Assembly: GCF_902713615.1 (NCBI RefSeq) | Contig: NW_024055497.1 | Span: 1,458,420-1,522,419, forward strand | Source: Scyliorhinus canicula | Lineage: Eukaryota | Length of the DNA stretch: 64,000 bases | Reading direction: 5' to 3' | Shown: piece by piece, positions 10,611 through 23,430 of the stretch | Position numbering within the stretch: position 1 is the stretch's first letter | How the letters are laid out: each line of letters begins with the position of its first letter | The notes under the pieces: model-generated | Databases searched by the model: none | Seen by the model: the letters and a program-made list of their open reading frames with translations, nothing else | What the model was told of the DNA's origin: nothing | Program-made: the position numbers and the translations under genes

Positions 10611-13600
10611 GTCTGTCAAATTTCATTCTGAAACACAGGGGAACGAATCATTCAAACTGCTCGATTCTAATTGATAAATGGTCAACTGACCACAATAAAA
10701 ATTCAATAACCTCTTTGAAATGAAACTGATATTAATTTCAAAGCTCCTTAAAGCTCCAAATAGCCTTTCAGCTATTTCTCCTGTCTGTCTGAACTGGGCA
10801 CAATGTATTATCACTGAGAATGATCACATTAAATATAACAGATTGAGGGGAGTTTAATGTCCGTGACAAAGATCCAGTGTTTGCTAAGAAATAAACAAAC
10901 CAGGAAACATTCACATTGGAAACTGATGACCTGATTTGATGCAATTTTCTAATTAAATATAATCAATAAAACAATCGAGGCGGGCCACCTCTTCAACCTG
11001 AGTAAATAAATGTATTGTTTTCTAAATTATTTTCAGTACAATTAAACATTCTCTAATAGCTTTGATATGGCACGCCAGTGTACTACTCAATTGTAGGAAT
11101 TAATTTATGTTGAATTAGTTAGTACTAATGTCGCGTTGCAAGTTATTGCCAATTGTCAATTAGTTGACCTGTCAGCTGATTTGTACTCTATAATATAAAT
11201 AATAAAAAATGGTTCTCTGTAATTCAAAACCTGCTCCTGCCTGAAATTTGCTAAATAATTTGGATTTAATTAAATATTAAACTTCAAATTATCGGATGGA
11301 ATAATTCAGACATGTGTAATATATCATCTGTTTGTTAAAGCGGTACTCCCAAATTGCTAAACTGTTGTAACTCGAAACTATATCTCTAACAATAAAGTCC
11401 TTGGTAGTTTGTGATCAATAAAAGTGTTTCCGAGATTTAATCATTCAGGCAATTCGATTAACTTTATTATTGAAAATATTGCTTAAAGAAAGGAGATCCA
11501 AATTAATCAGTGCAAAACTTAACGAAAATTACTGAGTTAGATCCTCTACAGCACTGAAACATAATGAGAAAATGATGGAGAAATGTTCTTGTTCAATTTA
11601 TGATTTAATAAGAAATAAGCTTGAGGCTCAGATATAATCTATTCTTCTATTGTATAATTTGTTTTATTTCTATAATGTTATATTGTGTACAGCACAGCTA
11701 TGCGAGATAGGACGTTATTATTTTTTGCAAAGCTAATATTTTCCTTTTGTAATTTTTGGTTTTTGCATTTCAAGCTTTTACTGTGTCTCCAGCCCTGTGC
11801 ACTGTCAGCGACTTCCACCTCTGAGAAACTCTTTATGATTAGATTAGAGACAATGACAAATGACGGTGAAGAGATAATATTCGAGCTTCTGTACATAAAT
11901 AATACAATAATCGGATACATAAATTGCCAAACTGCAATATAAAACTCCTATTAAAGTAACTGCAAACGTAATCAGAGAAATAAAAAATAATTCAAATATA
12001 ACTTGTGCAATTGAACAGTGCTGTAGAATCAGTATGTTATTATTAAAACAGTTTCATAAATAATCACAAAATATTCCCAGCCCAGAAAATTTTCCAGCCA
12101 TGCTAATGGTGTGCAGAGCACAGCAGAATTGTGGAAGGCGAGTGATCATTAATGATATTAATATGAAAACATATTTGGATAATATGGTTATAACATGTCA
12201 TTATAATTGTTTAAGTTATATTAATTTTACTCACTAATTTGAAAACGTTTTAATTAAATAGTTTCAGATTGCAGTAACGAATTGCGTTCTTAATGACATC
12301 ATGGTTTAGTTTAATCAGTCACCATTAGGTAAAATTTAAAAATGACTCTCAAATCTTTAATTCCTTTCTTTATTTTCGAAACCTGCCGCGTTTACTCCCT
12401 ACCATTGTGCTTCAAGGAGATTCAAACGCCCAAACCTTTCTACATTTAACCAGAAAACGTGTAACTGCTCAATGTCACCGAGTTTGAACAATGCAGAAAC
12501 AACGAAGAAACAGAAAACCGCTTCACAAATTGTACTTATTCAAAGTCACCCAGACACATTATCTCCTCAGCAGGAAAACACCAAAACTCATCGTAAGGAC
12601 TCAACCCGTTTCATTGAGAAGCAGCTCAATTCTACATTCAACAGAATCAAACGTATCATTTCACAAACATCTGAATATTGAATCCAGCAAACCAGTTCTC
12701 CACCTAAAGTATGAATTATCAAACTAAATAAAATACAGAACAACAGTCATATCACTGCGAGTATGTGGGGTATGTCCAAAATATTTTTGAAACTTTACCA
12801 CATTTTATTCATATTGGACCATATTTCAAACGCATTTAAACAGTTGGAAGGAGAGATAAAGCTGCATCCATCTATCTCACCAAGATAGAACATTGAAGTA
12901 AAGCCAGGCTATGATTGCAGGAACAAATTATGTTCGGAAAGAGCATTTTAAACTGTGGCTTAGTTTAATCTGCAATCATCACTTTAAAAAAACACTCTAA
13001 AATCCTGACTCTTTTCTGTCTACAATCGTGCAGCAGTTTCAAACACGTGTCTTGTATTCATTCAGTTAAAAAAACGTGGAACCGCTCAATATCACCGACT
13101 TCAAAGAACATAGAAACGCCAGAACCGTTTCACAAATTTTACTCATTCAAAATCACACAGACAGAATCTCCTGAGCAGAAAAAACACCAAATCACATCAC
13201 CGAGGGGCTGAACTTCGTCTCATGGAGAACCAGCTCAAATCTACAAACACTTTCAACAGAATCAAGCAGCATTTCAAGAAAATCTCAATTTAGAACCCAC
13301 CAAATCCGCCTTTCAGCAAGTGAATGAACAATTAAAACACACAGAAATATGGAAGAATATCATCAGCATTGTCAATAAGAGGGAAGTGTTCAATAAATTG
13401 ACACAGATACTTCAGCATATTTTGTTAATATTGGGTTAGATTTCTAACACTTGTGTAGGAGGTGGTGAAACCTGCAGCCACCAGATGTCACTGAGATTAA
13501 ACATTACATAAATACCAAACTGTTTAACAGGCGTTAGGTATTAAAGTACCCAGCCACACAGTATCCTCAGCAAATAAACATCAAATCATAACAACCAGGG

Positions 13601-13801
13601 ACTGAATCCCTCAGAAGCATCTTTTATCAAGCGGCAGACTAATTCCTTTTTCAGCAGAATCACATGAAACATTACAACAAAATCTCAATGCAGAATCCAG
13701 CAAACCCGTAATTCAGTGAACGAATGCAGAGTTAAAATAGAAAAAATAAGTAAAACAAAGACTCAAGTAAAACAGTTCATAAATAATGGAACAGTTCTTA
13801 C

Positions 13802-13849
13802 CTGAAGTTACCGTCACCATGGTCCCTTGTCCCCAGTAGTCGAAGTAGT
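13802..13849 (-). CDS. IGHJ: IgH joining segment JH (YFDYWGQGTMVTVTS)
   Basis: WGQG motif; donor G|GTAAG at 13801; flanked by a 23-RSS. Confidence 0.96.
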
Positions 13850-13888
13850 CACAGTGTGACATTCCCTGGGCTGCTCCATTCAATAACC
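13850..13888 (+). promoter_or_regulatory. JH recombination signal sequence, 23-bp spacer
   Basis: CACAGTG 13850-13856, 23-nt spacer, TCAATAACC 13880-13888. Confidence 0.93.
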
Positions 13889-14243
13889 GCAGCTGCACAA
13901 AATAGATAGAAATCCACCATTATTTTAAATATTCACAAACCAGCGGCAAAGTAAACTTGTAATGAATTTTCATTAAATTAGAATTGTATTTGTGGATGTC
14001 GCTATTGTTCAGAAATGACGCTAATGTTTTATATTTCAGAGTAAAACATGAACATGTTATTGAAATCACTAACTAATGAGTGAATAATTGTCACAGATTC
14101 CCCATATTAATTATTGTCATTTTGTCAGTGCTCGAATCAAATAACGCTTCACTGTGAATAAAGTTGGATAGTAAAAGCGAGCACTGAGCCAGCCTCAGTT
14201 AATTAGTGCTGAGGGGCTTTTTGTATTGACAGTAACTGCTGTG

Positions 14244-14253
14244 TCCCAGGTAT
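14244..14253 (-). CDS. IGHD: IgH diversity segment D2 (ATACCTGGGA)
   Basis: 10-nt core between two RSSs. J-side (read on minus): CACAGCA 14243-14237, 12-nt spacer, ACAAAAAGC 14224-14216. V-side (plus): CACAGTG 14254-14260, 12-nt spacer, TCAAATACT 14273-14281. Matches the established shark 12-D2-12 layout. Confidence 0.9.
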
Positions 14254-14631
14254 CACAGTGAGACACAGCGTGTCAAATACTGCGGCAGACTGTTAACTGT
14301 AAAATACAGAGATTTAATTTCACTGTTCACTCAAAAACCAAATTCTGTCTCTTCCAAGAGCGAATTGGTGAGTTATTTCAGCTTGTCCTGGTCTTTACAT
14401 TTATACAGAGGATCGGAACACTTTTAAACCCTCTGTACAGATTTAGCGAGTCGGTGAACAGTGATAAAGTGGAAGATTTTTATACCTTTTTGCAAACTAA
14501 TATTAGTTCCAAACTTTGTTTTATTTAAAATTAATTTACGTTGACAATCCTGTTGTGGCGCTGATCACCAATTTGAACAAGCTCTTTCACTGAGGTTTTT
14601 GTATGAGGATGTCGCTGTGCACAGCACTGTG

Positions 14632-14646
14632 ACCCACTGGTGTAGT
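14632..14646 (-). CDS. IGHD: IgH diversity segment D1 (ACTACACCAGTGGGT)
   Basis: 15-nt core. V-side RSS: CACAGTG 14647-14653, 12-nt spacer, ACAAAAACT 14666-14674. J-side RSS (minus): CACAGTG 14631-14625, 22-nt spacer, perfect ACAAAAACC 14602-14594. All three frames are open. Confidence 0.93.
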
Positions 14647-15044
14647 CACAGTGACAGATACCCGCACAAAAACTGCACTCACTCTCTGTTCAGTCCTGCC
14701 GCTCAATATTCACATCAAATACACGTTTACTTCTGATCTAATTTACTATTTATACAGCAGTTTATCAAATCCAATGTACATAGATTTTCCCAAGTATCAG
14801 AAGTAATAAAACCAGGATTATAGCCAAGTCTCTAATTGCTGAAACTGTTAACAGTAAATATAAACAGACAAAAGCTCATCCTATTAGATCGATTGGTGTG
14901 TTCGCTTTTACAGTTTAATTTACTCTGTGTGAGTTATGTAAGAAGCAGCTTGTGCAATGACTCTGATCACTGACATTAATATTACATTTGAATCAAGTGC
15001 TGACCTTCAGGTTAAGGTGCAAGTTGCTGAATTCCCTCTCGAGC

Positions 15045-15083
15045 TGTTCTTGTGCGGGTCCAGCCCTGGTTCCTCTCGCTGTG
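15045..15083 (-). promoter_or_regulatory. VH recombination signal sequence, 23-bp spacer
   Basis: CACAGCG 15083-15077, 23-nt spacer, ACAAGAACA 15053-15045. Confidence 0.9.
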
Positions 15084-15388
15084 GTATCCAGCACAGTAAT
15101 AGATGGCGGTGTCTTCGGTCTTCAGGCTCCTCATGGCCAAAGAGAAGATGTTGTTCGAAGTGTCTTTGGACGCAGTAAATCGATCTTTAATGGCTGGGGC
15201 GTAGTGGTTGTTGGATGAAGTAGAGTAGCTAACGAGCCACTCCAGCCCCTGTCCGGGAACCTGGCGGACCCAGCTCATCCAGTAGTTGCCAAGGCTGAAC
15301 CCGCTGATTTTACAGGTAAGTGTCAGGGAGCCTCCGGGACGCCCGGTCTCTGCCTCTGGCTGAGTCAACACAACATCCGACTGGACAC
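15084..15388 (-). CDS. IGHV: IgM-type VH exon, open reading frame
   Basis: Acceptor tttttacag| at 15390-15389. [101 protein letters not shown] has conserved Cys/Trp/Cys and shark IgM VH hallmarks ([14 protein letters not shown]). Confidence 0.96.
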
Positions 15389-15506
15389 CTGTAAAAATAT
15401 ATCAAAAAGCCAGAGGGTGAAATGATTGGTGACTCTGGAACATTCCAGAGAGAGACTAACACTGAGACAGTATCAGTGAGAGACTTGGACAATAAAAACT
15501 ACTCAC

Positions 15507-15552
15507 GGGATAAGAAAGTCAGCAACAAACTGAGAGAAATGGCCCACCTCAT
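15507..15552 (-). CDS. IGHV: VH leader exon (MRWAISLSLLLTFLS); in-frame upstream ATG at 15564
   Basis: Hydrophobic signal peptide of 46 nt, donor |gtgagt at 15506; joins the V exon in frame (C+GT = Arg). Confidence 0.92.
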
Positions 15553-15642
15553 CCTTCTGGTCATTTGGGGGAAATGGTTGTGTCAGGAACTCAGTGAACA
15601 AACCAGCTCCCGGACTGTTGGATTCGGGTCCCAGTGAGCGGC

Positions 15643-15669
15643 ATTTAAATACCCGGCAGAAGGGGGCGG
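15643..15669 (-). promoter_or_regulatory. Putative VH promoter (TATA-like TATTTAAAT and GC box)
   Basis: TATTTAAAT at 15651-15643, about 90 nt upstream of the leader ATG; GGGGGCGG at 15662-15669. No ATGCAAAT octamer seen in the ~300 nt upstream. Confidence 0.5.
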
Positions 15670-18600
15670 CTTTCCAGGCGCCGCCTGTTGATTCCCTGGT
15701 GGAGGCGGCGACTGGATCCACGTCCCACCTTCCATACCCACAACAGAATGGACACAGAGATTTACTATAGACTATTAATTTAAAATATATATTAGATCGG
15801 AATCGGTATATTTCTTTGGCTGAATGGATTCATTGAAATGTCTATCCTCATCCGAATGGAAATTTATATTTGAGCATCTCTAAGTAAAATCTAATTCCAT
15901 TATATATGAAGTCTCTTTATTTATACACTCCAATATAAAGGGATGAACATAAACAGATTAAATAACACTATCAGGGAATAAATCGTCTGTCCGCTGTGCA
16001 ACACTCCGGGGCTCTATCACATTCCAACAATAAAGAATAATTCATCAGACGAAATGTAACTAAATGAGGGAATGAATGACGTGATTACATTTGCAGTGCG
16101 GATGGTCATCACTGTATAATGTGGGTATGTCGACAAGAAGAAACTCTAACATTACACAATGTCTCTCTTCACATTTCTGGAACTACCCCTGAGCCTCAGA
16201 CAGTCCGGTGAACATTAGCGGTAAAAGAAGCCGCTTGCCTGATAATTCAGCAGTGAGTTGACAGAGAAACATAAAAATCACACCAGCTTTTGACAGAGAA
16301 GTTAATGAATCAGAACGGACGCGGCGATCAGCAAAGTTATCCTTCAGCATCCAAATCATTGCCGCTAATTTTACTGACCACCGGCTAACATTCACTGGTG
16401 TTGGGAACACAGGATATCAGGACTTTGCAGCATATTACACAATATCACAGGAATAAATGTTTCATCTTCCACTGAAGCAGGTCATGAACTGGTCATTTCT
16501 CCACTCATTGGCAGCAATGAGAGGGACTGTTAAATAATGGAAATCAGCACAAATTAAACTGTACAGAACACGGTGTTAATCGGGTATAAGAGACGCCTCC
16601 GTTTAACGGAGATCAACAACTCGGAGAATATCCCAGGAATCCCCCCGAGTTCAATGCAGTTTATTTACTTTTATTTCATTTTGTTTTATTTTTTGGAATT
16701 TGAGTCATCTTATTGAACTTGTAGATTGTGTCCATCAACACCAATCACTCTCTCACTTCATTCGGTTCTCAACAAACGGACTTTAATAACTAGAGTGATC
16801 TTTACTCAGAACTAATATAAATTAAATAGCATCTGGTCAGGTTACTATTTTCCGATCATGTTTAATCTCATAGTGAACAAACCATTCAGTGAATATATTT
16901 CTTTGCATGGAACACCATTTAAAACGTTCACTTCATGTGCGACTAAAACATTTATTGTTTGAATGGATAAATCCCATTTAATCCATTCATATTCAGGTTA
17001 ATCTGCCCCACACAGTATTTGGCAGCAATCCAGCCGCCTGCAGTCAGGGAGGCTCGAATGTTCAATGTTGTTTACAGGAAACATCTGTATTTTTTTTCAA
17101 AGATCTGTTTGCTCAGTACTGACCGCTTGGCTGCAAGCCAACTTCAAACTCTTAACATTGTCAATGAGGACTATTTATAAACAAATCTACCCAGCAACAG
17201 TACTGCAGATCTTTTTATGTTTTAAATTGTGAACCTATTTGAACTGTTCCCATCTCTAAGGAAAGGAGAGTTATCCAGCTTCTCTGACCAATCGTAGCAA
17301 TTGCCGGCTGGAGTATCTCTCCCACATCTCATAACATTGTGATGATGGATAGGAATACAAACAGACTATCAGACAGGAGCGACATTTTGTAATAGATAAA
17401 TATGTACATTTACGTGTTTTTCCCTTTATTCTTCCATGGAATGTGGGAGTCATTGTCAAGACCACCATGTGTTCCCTGTCCCTAATTGCTGTTGAACTGA
17501 ATGGTTTGCTGGGCCAGCTCAGAAGGAACTGAAGGGTCAGACATGTTGCTGTCCGACTGGAGCCACATGTATGTGAGACCAGGGAGGGATGTCAGATTTC
17601 CTTCATTAGTGAAGCAGAGGGGGTTTCATGGTGACCATTAGTATGTATTCCGGATTTATTAACTGAACTCAAATTCCCCCACCGGCCATGGTGGGATTTG
17701 TACCCAAGCCCCCACAGAATTAGCCCGGGCCTTTGGATTATTGGTTCAATGTCATTAATACTACCCCACTACCGACCCAAAAGATAAAGGGATTATTGCT
17801 TTGATGTAGGGATGGATGTTTGTTAGATGCCTGAATATTTTGATTGTGGAATCGGTGAATGGGTTTGATGGATGCATGGATAGATGGTCCTGAAAGATGC
17901 TGTTCTACATTCTCAGTTTTGTGCTTGATGACTTCACAAATTAAATCAGGCCCTTTATAATTTGTGTCAGTATAATGCACTCGGTGGCTCAAGCTTTTCT
18001 GGGTGAATTCCATCCCCAGACTATCGGGAACTGATGAGATGGACGTCACTAAGAGGAAACGAGATATCCTGCGGTTCTGGTGATTCTTCTCTGCTGATGG
18101 CGAATCTTCATCTCAAAGACAGAAAGCAGGAACATGATGACGTTGAGGGGGGACGGTTGTAATATTTGGAACATGTGGTAATTTCATGTACAATAGGTCA
18201 CTCAAGATGTCCTCACCCAAATTAATGAAGACACCAGACTGAAAACACATTAATGTGAAAACTGAAATACTGTGAAACTCAGTGGACAGCTGCAGACGTT
18301 GAATTAGTTTCCAAATCATTGTAATAACATACTGGGATTCAAAGGTTCATCAGCGTCACATTAGGTACAGACAGTTTCATTTCTACTGACACTTTAAAAA
18401 TCATCTCACACTCCAGTCTGGAGATTCTGTGTGACGATGAGGTGATTACTGACCAATACAACGCAGAGGCTGCTGGGTAGCTGCACATAATCCTCGGTCT
18501 GGTTTAATTCCATTTCACATTGAATTCTGATGCAGATGTGACTACTCGGTGACAGAATAGTCAATCCTATCTCAATTAAATTATGTTGAACATATGACTA

Positions 18601-20877
18601 TCGGAATTAGGAGCGGAAGTAGGCAGTTCAGCCCTTTGAGCCTGCTCCGTCATTCAATCATCATGGCTGATCTCTTCCTGGTCTCAAATCCACCTCCCTT
18701 AAATTAATTGCATTTACAGTTTGTAAAGAAAAGTGTGGATCATAATTGGTGAATAAAACGTTTTATGTTGTGAGTTGATGATAATTGATTAATATCATTA
18801 TTTAACTTTGTAAATTGTGACAATTGGTAATATTCGCCACGGAATTGCTAAACAATGACCATCTCCAGCAAAATAGAATCTCACCATCGCCATTTGATTT
18901 TGACTGATATTGCCATCGCTGAATCCCGCACGATCAATACACTGGGGTTACTATTGACCAGAAACGGTACTGGACTAACCATATAAATGCTGAGGCTGCA
19001 AGATCCGGTCAGCGTCTCGGAAGCCTGCAGCGAGCAACTCACCTCTTGATTCCCAAAGCCTGTTCACCATCTGCAAGGCACAAGTCAGGACTGTTGAATA
19101 CTCTGACACCTTCCAGGCCAAAGCAGCTCCGCTTGATTGCCACCCTATGCGCAAACACTCATTCCATCCACCACCGACTTACAATGGCAATCATGTACCA
19201 TCCACAAGATGAGCTGCAGGAGCCCAGCAAGTCTCCCTTGAAACACTTTCTAAACCCAGGACCATTACCTTCTAGAAGGAAAAGGCAGCTGACACATGGG
19301 AAGGAAGATGACCACCTGGAAATTCCCCTCTAGATCACTCACTATCCTGACTTGGAAATATATCACAGAATCTTCACTATCGCTGATTCAAAAACCTACA
19401 ACTGCCTCCCTAACAGCATTGTCGGTGTATCTACACCAGAGTGACTGCAGAGGTTCAAACAAGCAGTTCACCGCCTCTTTTTAAAAGGCAATTAGCGATG
19501 GACAATAAGTCATGGCCTAGCCCTCGATGGCCACACCGTATAACTTAATTTAAAACTGTACTTTATGGAACGCTGGCAATTTGTGAATCTAGTTATTTAT
19601 ATTCATAAATGAATGAAAATTGGTGAATATTATTGCTATGTTTCTGAACATTTATGACCGACGCCTTCTCTCCTGGAAGATATAACCCATCCCACAGGAG
19701 ATTCATGATGCAAAATTATAACCAATATCTGAAAATAAAGTGGACAGAGGAGACTGCAGCAACCATTGACATAACTCACTCATAGCAGCACTGGGAAGGT
19801 CTTTCCAATGGTCATACTTTAAATACTTCATCTGCTTTCAGGCCAAATGTTGCTGGAAGAATGGTGCTGTGTTTGCGTCACAAGGTTTACTCTGGACATG
19901 ATCTGCTCCCTCTGCCACATGCCTACCTCTTCACCTTACTTTCGTCAATCTCGATAAATATTCGACACTGTCCACAGAGTAAGGGCTATATGATTTGGGG
20001 GAAATTGGCTGACTGCTGAAGCTCCCCTGTCGCATTCGCTCCTTCCATGGTAAAATGCACTGCACGGGGACAGAGTGATCATTCCACTTCCGACAGATTC
20101 TAAGTGAATAATTGATCGAAAGAGGACCATGTCCCACACCCACCTCTATTCGGCAGCTTCCTCTCCATGCTACTGATCTTCGCCTTACCCGAAGACAAGA
20201 ATAAAATCCACTAACACACTCGGTCAGGCGGCAACCTCTACAACCTCTTAGTCATCAAAACGGAGACATAATCACAATACATCCTCATCAGAGAATTCCT
20301 CTACGCTGAAAATTCGATCATCAAAACAAAACAACATATTCAGAGACTCGTGGACTGTGTCCTCGGTGCCTGTATCTTGTCTTCCTTACCATAAGCATGA
20401 GGAAAATCGTGGTTGTGGGTCAAGGTGTTGCACTTTCGCTGTGGTCACACTAAATAAGAGCCGGTGAGCAGATTCTGCTCCCGAGTTTCCATGGTGAGAG
20501 ACTGCCTTGATGTAGAATGTAATTCATGGGGAAAACAGTTACGACCTTTGTTTTACTCAATGAATGCCCATGGAATAACATCAAGCTGACCCTTTGGAAC
20601 AAGCTGATGCTTTATAAGGCCTAAACTCTCTGAACCTTGTTGTCTGGCTGTGAAACAAGGAACACTTGCAGCTGTGAAGAAAAATAGCTCAGCCAATGTC
20701 ATTTTGTTGTCCACAATGCATTATGGATATTTACTGGCCGGACACAATCAGAAATGCGGCAGTTCTCTCAAAGACAGAGCATCCAGGTCTCTCCAAGATA
20801 AAAAGAGGTGGTTTGCACATTTCCAGTGTGGTCCCTAAATCGGCCATGGTCACGCGAGCAAGGAATTTGAAAAATGA

Positions 20878-21058
20878 AATGAAATGAAAATCGCTTATTG
20901 TCACGAGTAGGCTTCAATGAAGTTACTGTGAAAAGCCCCTAGTGGCCACATTTCGGCGCCTGTCCGGGGAGGCTGGTACGGGAATTGAACCGTGCTGCTG
21001 GTCTGCTTGGTCTGCTTTAAAAGCCAGCGATTTAGCTGAGTGAGCTAAACCAGCCCCT
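20878..21058 (-). mobile_element. Short tRNA-SINE, second family; other copies at ~27362-27530 (+), ~54347-54515 (-), ~63172-63340 (+)
   Basis: Shared sequence gaaaatcgcttattgtcacgagtaggcttcaatgaagttactgtgaaaagcccc in all four copies. Confidence 0.8.
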
Positions 21059-21669
21059 TTGCGAACTAGCCGGAGCCACGCACCCAGTGGGAAGGCCGAT
21101 ATTCCACTTCAAGGATTCTTCCAAGTGTGATATAATGTCCCGAAACCTATACATTGAACATCGCAATTGGGTGTCACCAGCTGCAAACTGAAAAAATGGC
21201 CACACTTAAGGTGGGCTGGTGTGTACCACCAGGACCAGTGGATTTAGCAAGTTTGAAATAGACACAAACCGAGAAAATGACAACCCACACACACATACAG
21301 TCTCTCACACACGCATTCTCTCTGATTTCCATGCACACCCACATTTCCCCATTAAAATTAAAATCCCATATTAACTTCCTGGGAATCTTCGGAGACATTG
21401 ATCCCAACCATTTTCCAGGTGGTATAATGAACCAATAACCTCTCCCCAACACTATGTTTGTTAGATGAATGTTACTTTTCCCATGGACTCTATGCAACGT
21501 CCAGGTAAACATTCCTCTATTTAACAAAGATGAACAAAAATGCATGACCAGGAATTGAGCAACTTTGCTCTGTTTCTGATCTCAATGTGGGAGAATCAGC
21601 CAGCGACATCTGCAATTAGTTACACCTTATATTTTGGCATCTCCCGCCGAAGGCGATATGGTATTACGT

Positions 21670-23430
21670 TTGGATTGGATTGGATTTGTTTATTGTCACG
21701 TGTACCGAGGTACAGTGAAAAGTATTTTTCTGCAAGCAGCTCAACAGATCATTCAGTACATGGGAAGAAAAGGGAATTAAACAGAATTCAAGAAAATACA
21801 TGAGAATACATAATAGGGCAACACAATATATACAATGTACTACATAAGCATTGGCATCGGATGAAGCAGACATGGGTGTAGTGTTAATGTGGTCAGTCCA
21901 TAAGAGGGTCATTTAGGAGTCTGGTGACAGTGGGGAAGAAGCTGTTTTTGAGTCTGTTCATCCGTGTTCTCAGATTTCTGAATCTCCTGCCCGATGGAAG
22001 AAGTTGGAAAAGTGAGTAAGCCGGGTGGGAGGGATCCTTGATTATGCTGCCTGCTTTCCCCCGGCAGCGGGACGTGTAGATGGAATCAATGGATGGGAGG
22101 CAGGTTCGTGTGATGGACTGGGCGGTATTCACGACTCTCTGAAGTTCCTTGCGGTCCTGGGCCGAGCAGTTGCCATACCAGGCTGTGATGCAGCCCGATA
22201 GGATGCTCTCTATAGTGCATCTGTAAAAGTTAGTAAGGGTTAATGTGGACATGCCGAATTTCCTTAGTTTCCTGAGGAAGTAAAGGCGCTGTTGTGCTTT
22301 CTTGGTGATAGCGTCGACATGAGTGGACCAGGATAGAATTTTGGTGATGTGCACCCCTAGGAATTTGAAACTGCTCACCATCTCTACCTCGGCTCCGTTG
22401 ATGCTGACAGGGGTGTGTACAGTACTTTGCTTCCTGAAGTCGATGACCAGCTCTTTAGTTTTGCTGGCATTAAGGGAGAGATTGTTGTCGCTGCACCACT
22501 CCACTAGGTTCTCTATCTCCCTCCTGTATTCGGACTCGTCGTTATTCGAGATCCGGCCCACTATGGTCGTATCGTCAGCAAACTGAGTTGGAACCAAGTT
22601 TTGCCATGCAGTCGTGTGTGTACAGGGAGTAGAGTAGGGGGCTAAGTACGCAGCCTTGCGGGGCACCGGTATTGAGGACTATTGTGGAGGAGGTGTTGGT
22701 GTTCATTCTTACTGACTGTGGTCTGTTGGTCAGAAAGTCAAGGATCCAGTTGCAGAGTGGAGAGCCAAGTCCTAGGTTTTGGAGCTTTGATATGAGCTTG
22801 GCTGGGATTATGGTGTTGAAGGCAGAGCTGTAGTCAATAAATAGGAGTCTGATGTAGGAGTCCTTGTTTTCGAGATGCTCTAGGGATGAGTGTAGGGCCA
22901 GGGAAATGGCGTCTGATGTGGACCAGTTGCGATGGTATGCGAATTGAAGTGGGTCAAGGCGTTCCGGGAGTATGGAGGTGATGCGCTTCATGATCAGCCT
23001 CTCGAAGCACTTCATTACAACTGACGTCAGGGCCACCGGGCGGTAGTCATTGAGGCACGTTGCCTGGTTCTTCTTTGGTACCGGTATGATGGTGGCCTTC
23101 TTGAAGCAGGTGGGGACCTCGGAGTGAAGTAGGGATAGGTTAAAGATGTCTGTGAAAACCTCTGCCAGCTGGTCCGCGCAGGCTCTGAGTGCACGACCAG
23201 GGATCCCGTCCGGGCCCATCGCCTTCCGTGGGTTCACTTTCAGGAAGGCCGATCTGACTTTGGAAACTTGATGGTGGGTATGGGTGAATTATGGATTGCT
23301 GGGGCACTCGATAGCGGATTGTTGGTTACCTGCTCAAACCGAGCATAGAATGCATTAAGTTCATCGGGGAGGGGTGCACTGCTGCCAGAGATACTGCTCG
23401 GCTTCGCTTTGTAGCCCGTTATGTTGCTCA
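21670..23430 (-). mobile_element. 5'-truncated Rex1/Babar-like LINE, frameshifted reverse transcriptase
   Basis: ORFs 22575-23237 ([10 protein letters not shown]...[19 protein letters not shown]...[12 protein letters not shown]...[10 protein letters not shown]) and 21893-22666 (FADDTTIVG...KKAQQRLYFLRKL); (gattg)n tail near 21670. Confidence 0.85.

Noticed and set aside
9085-10626. His/Thr/Leu/Ser-rich ORFs up to 340 aa
   Set aside because: Translations of the (CA/CT)n microsatellite array.
16262-16456. Plus-strand ...LTFTGVGNTGYQDFAAYY resembling a V FR3 end
   Set aside because: No Cys after YY, no FR2 Trp, no RSS; probably chance.
18327-18338. ACATACTGGGAT, resembling a shark D-segment core
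   Set aside because: No heptamer or nonamer on either side.
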